A stretch of DNA of 64,000 nucleotides from NCBI GenBank assembly GCA_002269645.1, contig NIVC01002305.1, positions 121,340-185,339 on the forward strand. The letters run 5' to 3'. The translations under genes were made by a program, and so were the position numbers. The stretch comes from Macrostomum lignano. Taxonomy: Eukaryota. Below are positions 1-13,708 of the stretch, one piece after another (the stretch's first letter is position 1; each line of letters starts with the position of its first letter). The notes beneath the pieces were generated by a model that saw only the letters and a program-made list of their open reading frames with translations, ran no database searches and was not told the DNA's origin.

Positions 1-462
1 AGAATGAAGAGGAAAAGGGAGATGAGAGCAAAGAGGTGAGAAGAGTGGAGAGGATAGAGATGACGAGAGAGGAGAGGAGAGAGGTGAGGGCAGAGATGAG
101 AGAGGAGAGGGCAAAGATGAGAGAAAGAAAAGATATGAGGAGAGGGCAGACATGAGAAAGAAAAGATGAGAGAAGAGGGCAGACATGAGAGAGAGAATAG
201 ATGAGAGAGAGGGCAAGAGATGAGAGGAGAGGGCAGAGATGAGAGAGAGAAAGATGATACAGGAGAGGGCAGAGATGAGAGAGAAAAGAGAGAAGAGGGC
301 AGACATGAGAGAGAATAGATGAGAGAGAAGAGGGCAAGACATGAGAGAGGAGAGGGCAGAGATGAGAGAGAGAAAGAAAAGATTAGAGACGAGAGGGCGG
401 AGATGACAGAGAAAAGATAAGAGACGAGAGTGCAGATGAGAGAAAAGATCAGAGATAAGAGG
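1..462 (+). repeat. Degenerate purine-rich (GA) repeat, unit about GAGAGGGCAGAGATGAGAGA.
   Basis: Almost pure A/G, with recurring AGAGGGCA and GATGAGAG. Confidence 0.9.
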
Positions 463-2197
463 GCACTCCAATTTTGCTTACTTCTATCATAACTAATACC
501 TTTAACCTCTACCTTTAACTTTTAACATATACAAACAACACGTCAGTTTTAGTATATTGAAAAATTGGTGAAGAATTGCAATCTCTAGAGCGTTATGGAC
601 ATTCAAGCATACAAACCTTAGAGATTTAGTATATTTAGAAGATAGGTTTGAAACTATTATCCATGATACAAAAATCAAATGTCTTGTGCTAGTAGTGCTA
701 CTAGCTTTAGTACCTGCTGTAAAGGGAAGTGTTTTTGTTTTACTTAGTCTAATTTCACTAACGAAATCTGTCTTCTCCGAGACTTGAAGCTAGGTCATAC
801 CCCACCCCAATCACAGCCAATAGGAAATGAGGAAATATATAGACCTATTCCTATCCAAGCAGCCATTCAGAGCTGTGGCCATCTTAGTGTGTGGCCATCT
901 TGGTCATGCGCCGTTGCCAATTGTTTTAAGATAGTCCTAGTAGGCCCTAATCATCATGAAGATAAAGCCTAGTATATAGTAGCTATACACCACGCGAGTG
1001 CCGAGTAGTATGGATAATCATGGATGCATTATAGCAGCAAAAGCAATACTATGATTGTGGATGTAAAGCTCAACGTGAATGATCATGAAAGACATGGATA
1101 GCTGTGAATATTCTAGGTGAAATATGCCTGGGAATATATATAAACCATGGATTTTCAGGGATAAATCATGCATGGGACTGGGAGATTTCAAGGATTCATA
1201 GATGATTCGTCCATCCATTACAGTCACATATAGCAGGTACAGCCCTGAAAGAGAACTGATAGTAGTAGTAGTAAGAATTAGGATTGCAATTAGCCTGTTT
1301 GGCCAATATAGGGCAATGTATTTAGAAAAATTTTCGAAATAAAAGTTTGTTAATACGATTTGGTTATTGTAAAAGATCAATGGGTCTATAGGCCAAATGA
1401 TTATCTTGATCAGATCACCTAGAGGCTCTTCATATTGCTTGTTCTGTTTCTAGAACCAGAACCAATTTGTAAAGTATAACTTTTTGTCTCCTAAACTAGA
1501 GCAGAGGGATATTAGTGCTTTAAAATTGTGATTATTGAATGGCAATAGCCAATAAGAAAGTGAAAATTTGTGCAAATTGAGGCTGTTAAGGCAGTCAAAC
1601 ATTCAACAAAGTTAAGAAGAAAAAAGCAAGAAAGCTTTTTTTCTTGGCAATCCGAACCGATTCTGGTTCTGGAATCGACTGCTGCACCTGTATGAAGAGG
1701 CTCCTATAGTAATTTTTAATCTTCCATTTTGAGCCATATTTTCGATATCGTAAAACCACTGTAGGGAAATTCAGATTTTTAAACTAACCTTGTTTTCTGC
1801 TTTTGAAGCAAAAATCCTTTTCTTACTTTTTTCACATATTTAAATACAAGTTTTGTTTTTAATTCAAAGTAAACGATGTTTCAATTTCTTAGAAAGAAAG
1901 AAATCCAAATACGTCATCAAATACTTGAGACCTGTTTTGATTTGGAATGCCTGACTGACTTGAGTTTAAGCTGAGACGAAGTAAGCGTTGATAGGTTTCT
2001 TTGTTTCTTTCTGAAATTTTCGTGCCTGAAAATCTAAAATCTATTTCCTCGATTTTCACGAAATTTTGTTGGTGTTAGGCCTACAACTGTGTCTGCTTTG
2101 GAAATCGAAGGAATCTGAATTTTATTTTTACAGTAACTGAGTTAGATTCAATACATATTTTCTTATCGTAAAAACCGTCGGACTATAGGCCCTAGCT

Positions 2198-5100
2198 ATG
2201 GGAAATGAAAATACCAAACTAAACTATCGGAAAGCTGTTATTCAGCTTACCACTAGGACTCAGGTAAGCAGGTTGTTTCTTCAATTGGCAATACCATACT
2301 CGTACGGCGCGCCACTCGTACATGCATAGTCGTAGAAAAGAGTATTTATAGTATTGATATTTATTCCCTTATAAAAAGTGATGTATCTTTAAAAATAATT
2401 AAATTAGTTTATATGTAGTTTAGAACTCTCCAAAAGATTTTTAAATTGATCAATATATATAGTATTAATGTATTATTATATTACAAAAATTCAAAATAAA
2501 GCTATTTGTAGATTATTTATACTAATAGTTGATTTATTTTGTTGAGTTAAATTGAGTTGTTTTGGTAACAAGACATTTCAGTTGCACTCATTTTGGTGAC
2601 AAGCAAAAGTCATTTTGGTTGCAAGAAAAATACCTTTTGGTGGTGATAGCCATTTGTTTTTAAATAGTAAATTACTTTGCTAATTTTTAGTGTTCTGCTA
2701 GGGTCCATGGAGGGTCCATGTACCATAGCCATAGCCATAAGCAAAACTATGGCTTACTCCAATTCTCTGTATTCCATAGCCATAGGAACCATAAAATTGC
2801 TATATTCCTGTAGTTCCCATAGCCATAGCTGTAGTTTTAACAAAAAGTCTAAAAACAAAATATTTTGAATCAAGAAGATAACCTAGTGCTTAAACAACTG
2901 CAAATTAAATTAGAAAATAAAACAAACACTTAATATAATTGTCTTTGTAAGATTATATTTCGTCTTTTTTAGAGCAACAATACTTAATCATTATTGAAAG
3001 TACTAATGCTAAAGTTTTTCACATTAATAAAAATTAGAGTTTGCTAGTGTTTTATTTTACTTTTTTAGGTATATTTTATAAGTTTTTAAGTTGATATTTA
3101 GGTTGATAATACAGTTTACTAAAAGTATCTTTGTTTTACTCTACCTGTTTCTAATATTTTTTCAATTTTTAACATTAATAACTATGGTTATGGGAATCTA
3201 TGGAATGTGACAGCAACTACCATATTTCCGTAGTTGTAGCCATAAGAGCAGCTAGCTACCATAGGCGTATCTGTAGCTGCTGTAGGCACCTATTTTACCA
3301 TATTTGCTCTAGGATTCCGTAGCCCTAGTTACGGCTATGGCCTGGCCTAGTATGGCCTGATAAGGATATCAAACCTTAACTTATAATATTTTTTTGCAAT
3401 GATTAAGTATTGCTTTTTTGAATTTTGTTTATTTAACATACTAGAATTGCAATCTTTTGAATTTATTATATTTTTTTCTAATCCAATTCCAATTGTATCT
3501 AGACTAGTGAATATCTTTGCTTTTCTCATAGTCAATATTTCATAAGGATTCTCTATAGGTTTATGGTTTATATGTCTGAATATACAGGGACAATTCAAAA
3601 CAATCTGCACAGAAAGAAAACCATATAATTAGTTTGATTTCTCTTCATATATATATTAAATTTTTCAATAAAAATTTTCAAAATTGCAGTGATAGGCACT
3701 AGTGCCACTAAATTTGAATTCTGCTAAAGTGCCACTGATGTCTTATTAGCGGCGCGCCTTATTAGCACCGCTAATTCTGCTAAATTGAAATTCCAATTAG
3801 TATACATTATCAATGTGCTACAAATAGTTTTTTAAAAATTGATAATCGTGCAAAATTCAATTTTTTGCTTTAAAACTAGATAGTTAATTACTGTTTAATA
3901 CTTAAATTGAGACTCTACTTGAGTAATAAGTTTAAAATTATGTAAATATGATTCTATTTTTCTTAAAAATACAAAACAAAATTTGATTATCTTTTTTTCC
4001 TTTTTATTATCAACAATTAATATATAAGGGTTTCACTACAGATATTCAAACAGACATTCAAAACGATTGTCTGTAACTTTAAACAAAATTGACCCGCTTC
4101 AACCATCTTTTTGGCAAATATTTACGCAAGTGTTGGGTGTAGAATAAGCTTTCATTTATTAACTGAAGTAAAAATCCTTCTGACATACATTGATTTAAAA
4201 ATTGCTTAGCAACACTTTGATTAGACATTGCTTTACCGTTGACTGAAATTGTTTTGATTGTAGCAACCTAAAAACAGATACTCAATTAAAAAATGCTTCG
4301 ATTTACTCTTTACGCATGTCTCAGCTTTAAAATGACACCTCAGGCATTGCAAAAGACAGCTTTGATGCTGAGATATTTGACACTAAACATTGCTTTGCAC
4401 AAACTCACATTCAGAAATTTCACAGATTTTTTATCGATATTTGTGCAGCTGCTGTGTCCTTATTATTCATCAGAATCTCGTCAATTCTAGTCATGTCCAG
4501 TTTAAACCTGGACTTCTCTTAAACTGTCTTTAGTATTTGATTTTTAAAGATTCCTGCCTTTATCTTGCATAGATTATACCTAAGTCAGTGAGTCAGTGAG
4601 TGTATAGTTGTATAAATGGCAACCAATCATGACTTTTTCACCACTGCAGTTCAAATAAATATATGAGCGTACAAGAAACATGTTCCAACTGTTATTGAGA
4701 GAAATTGACGTTGCATTTATTTAAAGTCAGTGGCAATTAATATGAAGCAAATAGCTTATTTGTTATGTTTTTACTTTTTTGTGTGGCTTAATTATTAACT
4801 TTTCTGTATCCTGCAGATCGAGTGTCCATCATGCCTCTTTTGGCACCACAAAATCTGCTGGAACAGAAGCAAGAATGTCAACGTGTGTGCGATGTAATGT
4901 GCCATTGACAAGTAAACTCGGAAATGCAGATCAGATCATGCAGATCAAGCAATGTTTAGTGTCGAATATCTCAGCATCAAAACTGTCTTTTGCAATGCCT
5001 GAGGTGTCATTTTAAAGCTGAGACATGCATATAGACATGACTAGAATTTGACAAGATTTGATGAAAAACAAGGACACAGCAGCTGCACAAATAAATAGTT

Positions 5101-8100
5101 ATGGGACATGGACATCTATGGCAATAATGAAAAAATTATTGCCATAGATTGTTGAGGTTGTGTAACACTACCCCTGACCTTTGCGCAAGTTTCTTGCTGT
5201 AGCTCTTGAATAAAAAAGATATCAACATGATTTTAACTTTGTATTCTTTGTGACAAAATTTCCTTTCATTTGACACCATGGGTGTGAAATTTCATGGCTC
5301 TGTTGAAGAGCTACGTTAGACATTCCGGGAACTTTTGGGACACCCCTCGTATATATTCAGTTATAAGTTTGACATATATTGCTTTTTGCAGCTTTTTTAT
5401 CTACTATGGTTCAAAAAGTTACAAGTGCTTAAAGTTCAAAAACATGATGAGTCAGACCCTATTATTGTGGAATGACCCATTTCATTGTTCTTGTTGCTCA
5501 ATAAGCATATAGGAAGCATCTGATTTGGAAGCTGGGTAACACATAGGAATTTGTATAAGGATAAAAAATGCATTTTACTTAGTTTCTACTGAAGCAATTC
5601 AGAAAATTCTTTTTTTCTTGCATACATGCTGCAATGATACATAGTTTAAGGACTGAATAATTGTGGGATTTGAAATCAGCTTAAGGATAGAATAATTTAA
5701 GTATATATTTAAGTGCAATTTTATTGTTCTTTGTTGATTATTAAGCATATAGGAAGCATTTGATTTGGATGCCAGGTTTATATTTTGTGGTACCATTTTT
5801 TACTCAAAAATTTTAAGCCTAAATATGCAATACGCATTATATGCAATACTATACAACTTAAAGATTATTTTACAACAAGGAATGAGTTGTATATTTACTT
5901 TCAGACAGAAATTTTTGCTAGCAAACTGCACTTTTATTTAGTATGAATTTTTGAGAATTTATATGGTTTTAGAAAGTTAGAAGAAATCCTTAAAAATCCT
6001 TCATCTTTTTGAATAAAATAAAAAGTAAAACATAGAACACTTTCTGGCCTAATTCATCGGGATCCCGGGATTTTCAGAAGTCTGGAATATCCTGATCCTG
6101 AGAAGCCCCAGATTTTCAAATTCTGGGATATCCCGATCCCGTGAATCCTGGGATTTTTCAAGTCTGGGATATCCTGATCCCATGAATCCCAGGATTTTCA
6201 AAGTCCGGGATATCCTGATTCCGTTAATCCCAGGACTGGCAAAACTCGGAATTTTGTATTCCCTAATTACAAGCAAATCTACTGTAGTATAATTTTACCC
6301 AAATAGCTTACTAAATAAGCAAATTTGTCAATCAACCTGAAAAACCAGCCTGTAGAAGCGTCAGACAACGACTTCTGGGACCAATTCTGGAGTGAATTCG
6401 AGACCACAGTGCAGGATATTTTCATCCTTATACCGGCTGCAGAAATTCGCGCCCTACGCGAAGAATCTCCATCAAATTTGGCCACTCTATGCTACAAAGC
6501 TGTTGAGAAGCTGGTTAGCATTGCCGAGACTTCTTATCATACACAGAAGGAGCAGCAGACTGGTGGGTTGAGTGTTAAAGTATGAGATTATTCCTTTAAT
6601 TGCATCTAAAGTACATAGATTTCTGCGTTTCTCTTAAAGTACACTGTTATATATACATAAATGAGAATCTCCTGAAAGTACAGCATATTCCATAAAAGTA
6701 TCCTGAAAGTACGCAAGAATCTCCTGCAAAATATCGTATGTCCATAAGAATCTCTAAAGTACAGTATGTCCATAAGAATCTCTCTAAAGTACAGTACAGT
6801 ATGTCCATAAGAATCTCTAAAGTACAGTATGTCCATAAGAATCTCTAAAGTACAGTATGTCCATTAGAATCTCTAAAGTACAGTATGTCCATAAGAATCT
6901 CTAAAGTACAGTATGTCCATAAGAATCTCTAAAGTACAGTATGTCCATTAGAATCTCTCTAAAGTACAGTATGTCCATAAGAATCTCTAAAGTACAGTAT
7001 GTCCATAAGAATCTCTAAAGTACAGTATGCCCATATGCTAATGTACAAGCGTATTAACTGGAGGCCTGAAGTGCTTTACAGCCAAGAATATATCTTAATA
7101 CAATGCAATAATATTTTTCTCCTATTTATTCCAGCCCTCAACTGCATCCGCCTGCTAACCAGAATCTTGCCCTATATCTTCGAGGAGCCCGACTGGATTA
7201 CATTTTTCTGGAGTCCGCAGCACCAGAGTGGCGAACGAGATGAGGTTAGATGATTTTTTATTTCACCTCAAGAATCGCCCTTTACTCTCAATCTCAAGAA
7301 TCTCCCGTTACTCCCAACCTCAAGAATCGCCCTTTACTCTCATTCTCAAGGATCGCCCTTTACTCTCATTCTCAATGATCACCCTTTACTCTCATTATCA
7401 AGAATCGCCCTTTACTCTCAAACTCAAGAATCGCCCTTCACTATCAACTTCAAGAATCGCCCTTTACTCTCATTCTCAAGAATCGCCCTTTACTCTTATT
7501 CTCAATAATCGCACTTTACTCTTATTCTCAAGAATCGCCCTTTACTATCAACTTCAAGAATCGCCCTTTACTATCAACTTCAAGAATCGCCCTTTACTAT
7601 CAACTTCAAGAATCGCCCTTTAATCTCAACCTCAAGAATCGCCCTTCAGTATCAAATTCAAGAATCGCCCTCTACTCTCAATCTCAAGAATCGCCTGTTA
7701 CTCTCAACCTCAAGAATCGCCCTTTACTCTCATTGTCAAGAATCGCCCGTTACTCTCAACCTCAAGAATCGCCCTTTAGTCTTATTCTCAAGAATCGCCC
7801 TTCACTATCAACTTCAAGAATCGCCCTTTACTCTTATTCTCAAGAATCGCCCTTCACTATCAACTTCAAGAATCGCCCTTTACTCCTATTCTCAAGAATC
7901 GCCCTTCACTATCAACTTCAAGAATCGCCCTTTACTCTTATTCTCAAGAATCGCCCTTCACTATCAACTTCAAGAATCGCCCTTTACTCTTATTCTCAAG
8001 AATCGCCCTTCACTATCAACTTCAAGAATCGCCCTTTACTCTTATTCTCAAGAATCGCCCTTCACTATCAACTTCAAGAATCGCCCTTTACTCTTATTCT

Positions 8101-11100
8101 CAAGAATCGCCCTTCACTATCAACTTCAAGAATCGCCCTTTACTCTTATTCTCAAGAATCGCCCTTCACTATCAACTTCAAGAATCGCCCTTTACTCCTA
8201 TTCTCAAGAATCGCCCTTCACTATCAACATCAAGAATCGCCCTTTACTCTCATTCTCAAGAATCGCCCTTTACTTTCAATCTCAAGAATCGCCTGTTACT
8301 CTCAACCTCAAGAATCGCCCTTTCCTCTCAACCTCAAGAATCGCCCTTTACTCTAAAAGCCTTGCAAAGCAGACAATATTTTGCACTTTGTACTTTAATT
8401 TCGATTGAATTGCTTTGCTTTCAGGCCAACAGTCCACCATTGGCTCAAACGTTAGTCGCAGCTCTCTGTGTAAGTTATAAAAGTTCTTTAAATTAGTGTG
8501 AAAAATTTATTCGTAGAAGTGATGTCATTTCTTCTTGACTAACCGATTGTATTTTAGGACCTACTGTTCTGCCCTGACTTCACTGTGCAATCAGCCAAGA
8601 AACAGGGGCCTGTAAGTTTAAAAAGGAAAAAATATTAAACTGTTTTATTAGTCTAATCTAACCTTTTTTGTGTAAAGCTTTAACGGTTTATTATTGCTTA
8701 ATCTGTACGCTATCTGGATTACTTCTAATTTTATTTAGGCATGCGCCCATCCGAATCTTGTAAGCTTATAAACAGTTGAAATTATTGTTTTGGTTTGTTT
8801 ATCTGCCACTGTCACTGTTTAGGGTTTTCCCATTTTTTATTCTCTAAATATGTGGCTGCTTTAAAGAACTGCAAGAGAATGGTTAGCACTAGTTTTAAAA
8901 TAATAGGTGAATCTTGTTCTTAATCAATCATTGGTATTTTGTTCATTAAATTTGTTTATTTTCATTATTTCTTTTCCATCGTTTAGAAAAAAGTTCGCAG
9001 TGCACTACTAATCAAAGCAGGTTAAGTAGAAAGTAAAGAAATTTTTTTAATAGTTCTAATCGAAAAACTAGAATAGTTCTAATCGAAACTAATAGTTCTA
9101 ATCGAAAAAAGTTTTCGAAAAAAGTTTTCGAAAATCGAAAAAAGTTTTTAATAGTTCTAATCGAAAAACTTCTATTCTTTTTTTGCTACTAACTGAGTAG
9201 AAAGTATAGAAAAATGTAACACTTAAATAATTACAGGAGAATCCGGAAGATCTCAACACCATCGACAGCTGCGAGTACATCTGGCAGGCCGGCGTCGGGT
9301 TTGCCAGCACCCCAGTTCGCAATGCTATCTACGATAGTCATCGCACTGAGATTCTTAAACTATTGCTAACTTGCTTCTCGGAGACTATGTACCTGCCTAG
9401 CAGCGAGGCTCACACCCAGCCGAATAGATGGATTGCTTATTTTACTAGCACTGAGAACCGACATGCGCTGCCTCTGTTCACTTCTCTGCTAAACACTGTC
9501 TGCGCCTATGACCCTATCGGCTATGGTGTGCCCTACAATCATCTCATGTTTAATGACAGCTTGGAGCCATTAGTAGAGGTGGCTTTACAGGTAAGATAAT
9601 CATTTTGCAGACTCTAGATAAATCTTCAGTTGCTTGGCCACCGCAACCCTCACAGATCCCCATCTTGAGCAGCTAACCGCATCTCAGATCCCCATCTTGA
9701 GCAGCTAACCGCAACTCAGATCCCAATCTTGAGCAGCTAAAAGGATCCCAGATCTCCATCTTGAGCAGCTAAAAGGATCCCAGATCTCCATCTTGAGCAG
9801 CCAACCGCATCTCAAGATCCCCATCTTGAGCAGCCAACCAGATGCCAGATCCCCATCTTGAGCAGCCAACCGCAACTCAGATCCCAATCTTGAGCAGCTA
9901 AAAGGATCCCAGATCTCCATCTTGAGCAGCCAACCGCATCTTAAGATCCCCATCTTGAGCAGCCAACCAGATGCCAGATCCCCATCTTGAGCAGCCAACC
10001 GCATCTCAGATCCCCATCTTGAGCAGCTAAAAGGATCCCAGATCCCCATCTTGAGCAGCCAACCAGATCCCAGATCCCCATCTTGAGCAGCCAACCAGAT
10101 CCCAGATCCCATCTTGAGCAGCCAAACGGATCCCAGATCTCCATCTTGAGCAGCCAACCAGATCCCAGAACCCCATCTTGAGCAGCCAACCGGATCCCAG
10201 ATCCCCATCTTGAGCAGCTAAAAGGATCCCAGATCCCCATCTTGAGCAGCTAAAAGGATCCCAGATCCCCATCTTGAGCAGCCAACCGGATCCCAGATAT
10301 CCCCATCTTGAGCAGCCAACCAGATCCCAGATCCCCATCTTGAGCAGCCAACCAGATGCCAGATCCCCATCTTGAGCAGCCAACCAGATCCCAGATCCCC
10401 ATCTTGAGCAGCTAACCGGATCTCAGATCCCCATCTTAAGCAACGAACCGGATCCCATCTTGAGCAGCCAACTGCATCTCAAGATCCCCATCTTAAGCAG
10501 CCAACCAGATCCCAGATCCCCATCTTGAGCAGCCAACCGGATCCCAGATCCCTATCTTGAGCAGCCAACCAGATCCCAGATCCCATCTTGAGCAGCCAAA
10601 CGGATCCCAGATCTCCATCTTGAGCAGCCAACCAGATCCCAGATCTCCATCTTGAGCAGCCAACCAGATGCCAGATCCCCATCTTGAGCAGCCAACCAGA
10701 TCCCAGATCTCCATCTTGAGCAGCCAGCCGGATCCCAGATCCCCATCTTGAGCAGCCAACCGCACCTCAGATCCTTACTCGAGAACCCTCCACTCGCCAT
10801 TTCCCAAGGTCCTCTGCGTCACCCTGGACTCGGACGGCAGCAGTGTGACGCCCTCGCCAGAGACAGCTGCCGCTGCCGCCTCCGCCGCCGCCGCGGCCGC
10901 AGCCGCCGCCACAGTTCCGTCGCCAACTTCGCCCACTCCGGCAGCCGCAGCCGCAGCCGCCAGCCTCCTGGGCTCCACAGGCGCAGACTTGGGCGACCTG
11001 GAGGCCGGCCCGGACAACTTGTTCGTCAACTACATGTCGCGAGTGCACCGCGAAGAAGACTTTGCGTTCATCCTGCGTGGCATTGCCAGACTGTTGAACA

Positions 11101-13676
11101 ACCCGCTAGTGCAGACCTACCTGCCGGGCAGTTGCAAGCGAATTCACTTCTATCAGGAGCTGCTAATATTGTTCTGGAAAATGTGCGACATCAATAAGAA
11201 ATTCATGTTCTACGTGTTGAAATCGTCGGACATATTGGACCTGTTGGTGCCTGTGCTGTACTATTTGAACGATGCCAGGGCCGATCAGAGCCGAGTAGGC
11301 CTAATGCACATCGGAGTCTTCATACTGTTGTTGCTAAGCGGGGAAAGAAATTTCGGTGTCCGTCTTAACAAGCCGTACCAGATTCGAGTGCCAATGGATA
11401 TTCCCGTGTTCACAGGCACGCACGCTGACCTGCTTATCATTGTGTTTCACAAAATTATCACCACCGGCCATCAGCGCTTGCAGCCGCTGTTTGACTGTCT
11501 GCTGACTATTGTTGTTAATGGTGAGCGATTCTGACTGCCTGAACCCATCTTGACTCATTCTGTACCTGTATAACCTTTCCTAGATGCCATGGAAACAGTA
11601 ATAAAGCTTAGCGATTCCTCAGTACCAATTCAAACTTTTCATGACTTATAAGATTATTGCTGACCTTTATGACCCTTCTGAGCTTTTATGATCCTCTCTG
11701 AACTTGTATTACCCAGTCTTCTGAACTTTTATCAATTATGACCCTTCTGAGCTTTAATGACCCCTTCTGAACTTTTATGAATTATGACCCTTCTGAGCTT
11801 TTATGGCCCTTCCTAAACTTTCATGACCCTTCTGAGCTTTTATGATCCTCTCTGAACTTGTATTACCCAGTATTCTGAACTTTTATTAATTATGACCCTT
11901 CTGAGCTTTTATGACCCCTTCTGAACTTTTATGAATTATGACCCTTCTGAGCTTTTATGACCCCTTCTGAGCTTTTATGACCCTTTCTAACCTTTCATTA
12001 CCTTTATGAGATTTTATGACCCCTTCTGAGCTTTCATGACCCTTTCTGACCTTTTATAACCCCTTCTGAGCTTTTATGACCCCTTCTGAACTTTTATGAC
12101 CCTTCTGAGTTATTTTGACCCCTTCTGAGCTTTTATGACCCTTTTTGAACTTTTATTACCCTTCTGACCTTTCATGACCCCTTCTGAGCTTTTATGACCC
12201 AGTCTTCTGAACTTTTATGACCCTTCTGACCTTTCATGACCCCTTCTGAGCTTTTATGACCCTTTTTGAACTTTTATTACCCTTCTAAACGTTTTTTATC
12301 CCTTCTGACCTTTTACGACTCTTGATCTTTATTGACTTTTTCACCTGTAGAACCTTCATGGCTCTTCATGACCATTTTTAACCATTAATGACTCTATAAC
12401 TTTCTGACCTTTCGTGACCCTTTATGATCCTACTAACCCTTCACAAGCCTTTTTGTCCCAATTTGATTCTTCAAGACCTTCCCAGCGCATCATTTCTGAT
12501 CATTCATAACCTATCCTGACTTGCCTTGACCAGGTCCAGTCTTATTACTAAGCTGCCAATCAAATTGATCTCGCCCGCAGTGTCGCCCTACCTGAAGAGC
12601 CTATCGATGGTGTCAGCTAACAAGCTGCTCCATCTATTGGAAGCGTTCAGCACGCCTTGGTTCCTGTTTTCAACCCCCGGCAATCATCATTTAGTATTCT
12701 TCCTGCTGGAGGTGTTCAACAATATTATCCAGTACCAGTTTGATGGCAACAGCAGTTTGGTCTACTGCATCATCAGGAAGCGGGCCGTCTTTCATCAGCT
12801 GGCTAGCTTGGCTAGCGATCACGCCAGCATTGCGGGTATGCGGCTGTTGGTGCAGCTTGAGTCAGGGTTCCTAATCCTAATGAGGATCATCTATAATGAT
12901 CCCCAAAAGGGTCTGTAGTGATCTCAATGAGGATCATTAATGATCCCAATGAGGATCTGTAGTGATCCCAATGAGGATCTGTAATGATCCCAATGAGGAT
13001 CTGTAATGATCCCAATGAGGATCTGTAGTGATCCCAATGAGGATCTGTAATGATCCCAATGAGGATCTGTAATGATCCCAATGAGGATCTGTAGTGATCC
13101 CAATGAGGATCTGTAGTGATCCCAATGAGGATCTTTAATGATCCCAATGAGGATCTGTAGTGATCCCAATGAGGATCTATAATGATCCCAATGAGGGTCT
13201 GTAGTGATCCCAATGAGGATCTGTAGTGATCCCAATGAGGATCTGTAATAATCCCAATGAGGATCTGTAATGATCCCAATGAGGATCTGTAATGATCCCA
13301 ATGAGGATCTGTAGTGATCCCAATGAGGATCTGTAGTGATCCCAATGAGGATCTGTAATGATCCCAATGAGGATCTTTAATGATCCCAATGAGGATCTGT
13401 AATTATCCCAATGGGGATCTGTAATGATCCCAATGAGGATCTTTAATGATCCCAATGAGGATCTGTAATTATCCCAATGGGATCTGTAATGATCCCAATT
13501 TTAGGTTGTCTGTGGATCCCTATTTCGTTACTTTTTTAAATCCCCGTTTAGGCTTTTTAAAATATCCCAAACCAAAATGCTGTTCTGCAGGTGCCCTAGC
13601 TAAGAAGGCCACCGCCGGAGCCTCTGTTCGAAAGCAGCAACAACAGCAGCAGCAACAGCAGCAACAGCAGCAACAA

Positions 13677-13708
<32 letters not shown>

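Noticed and set aside
1018-1380. 120-aa hydrophobic minus-strand ORF upstream of HID1.
   Set aside because: AT-rich, non-ATG start, no recognisable motif. Probably a chance ORF.
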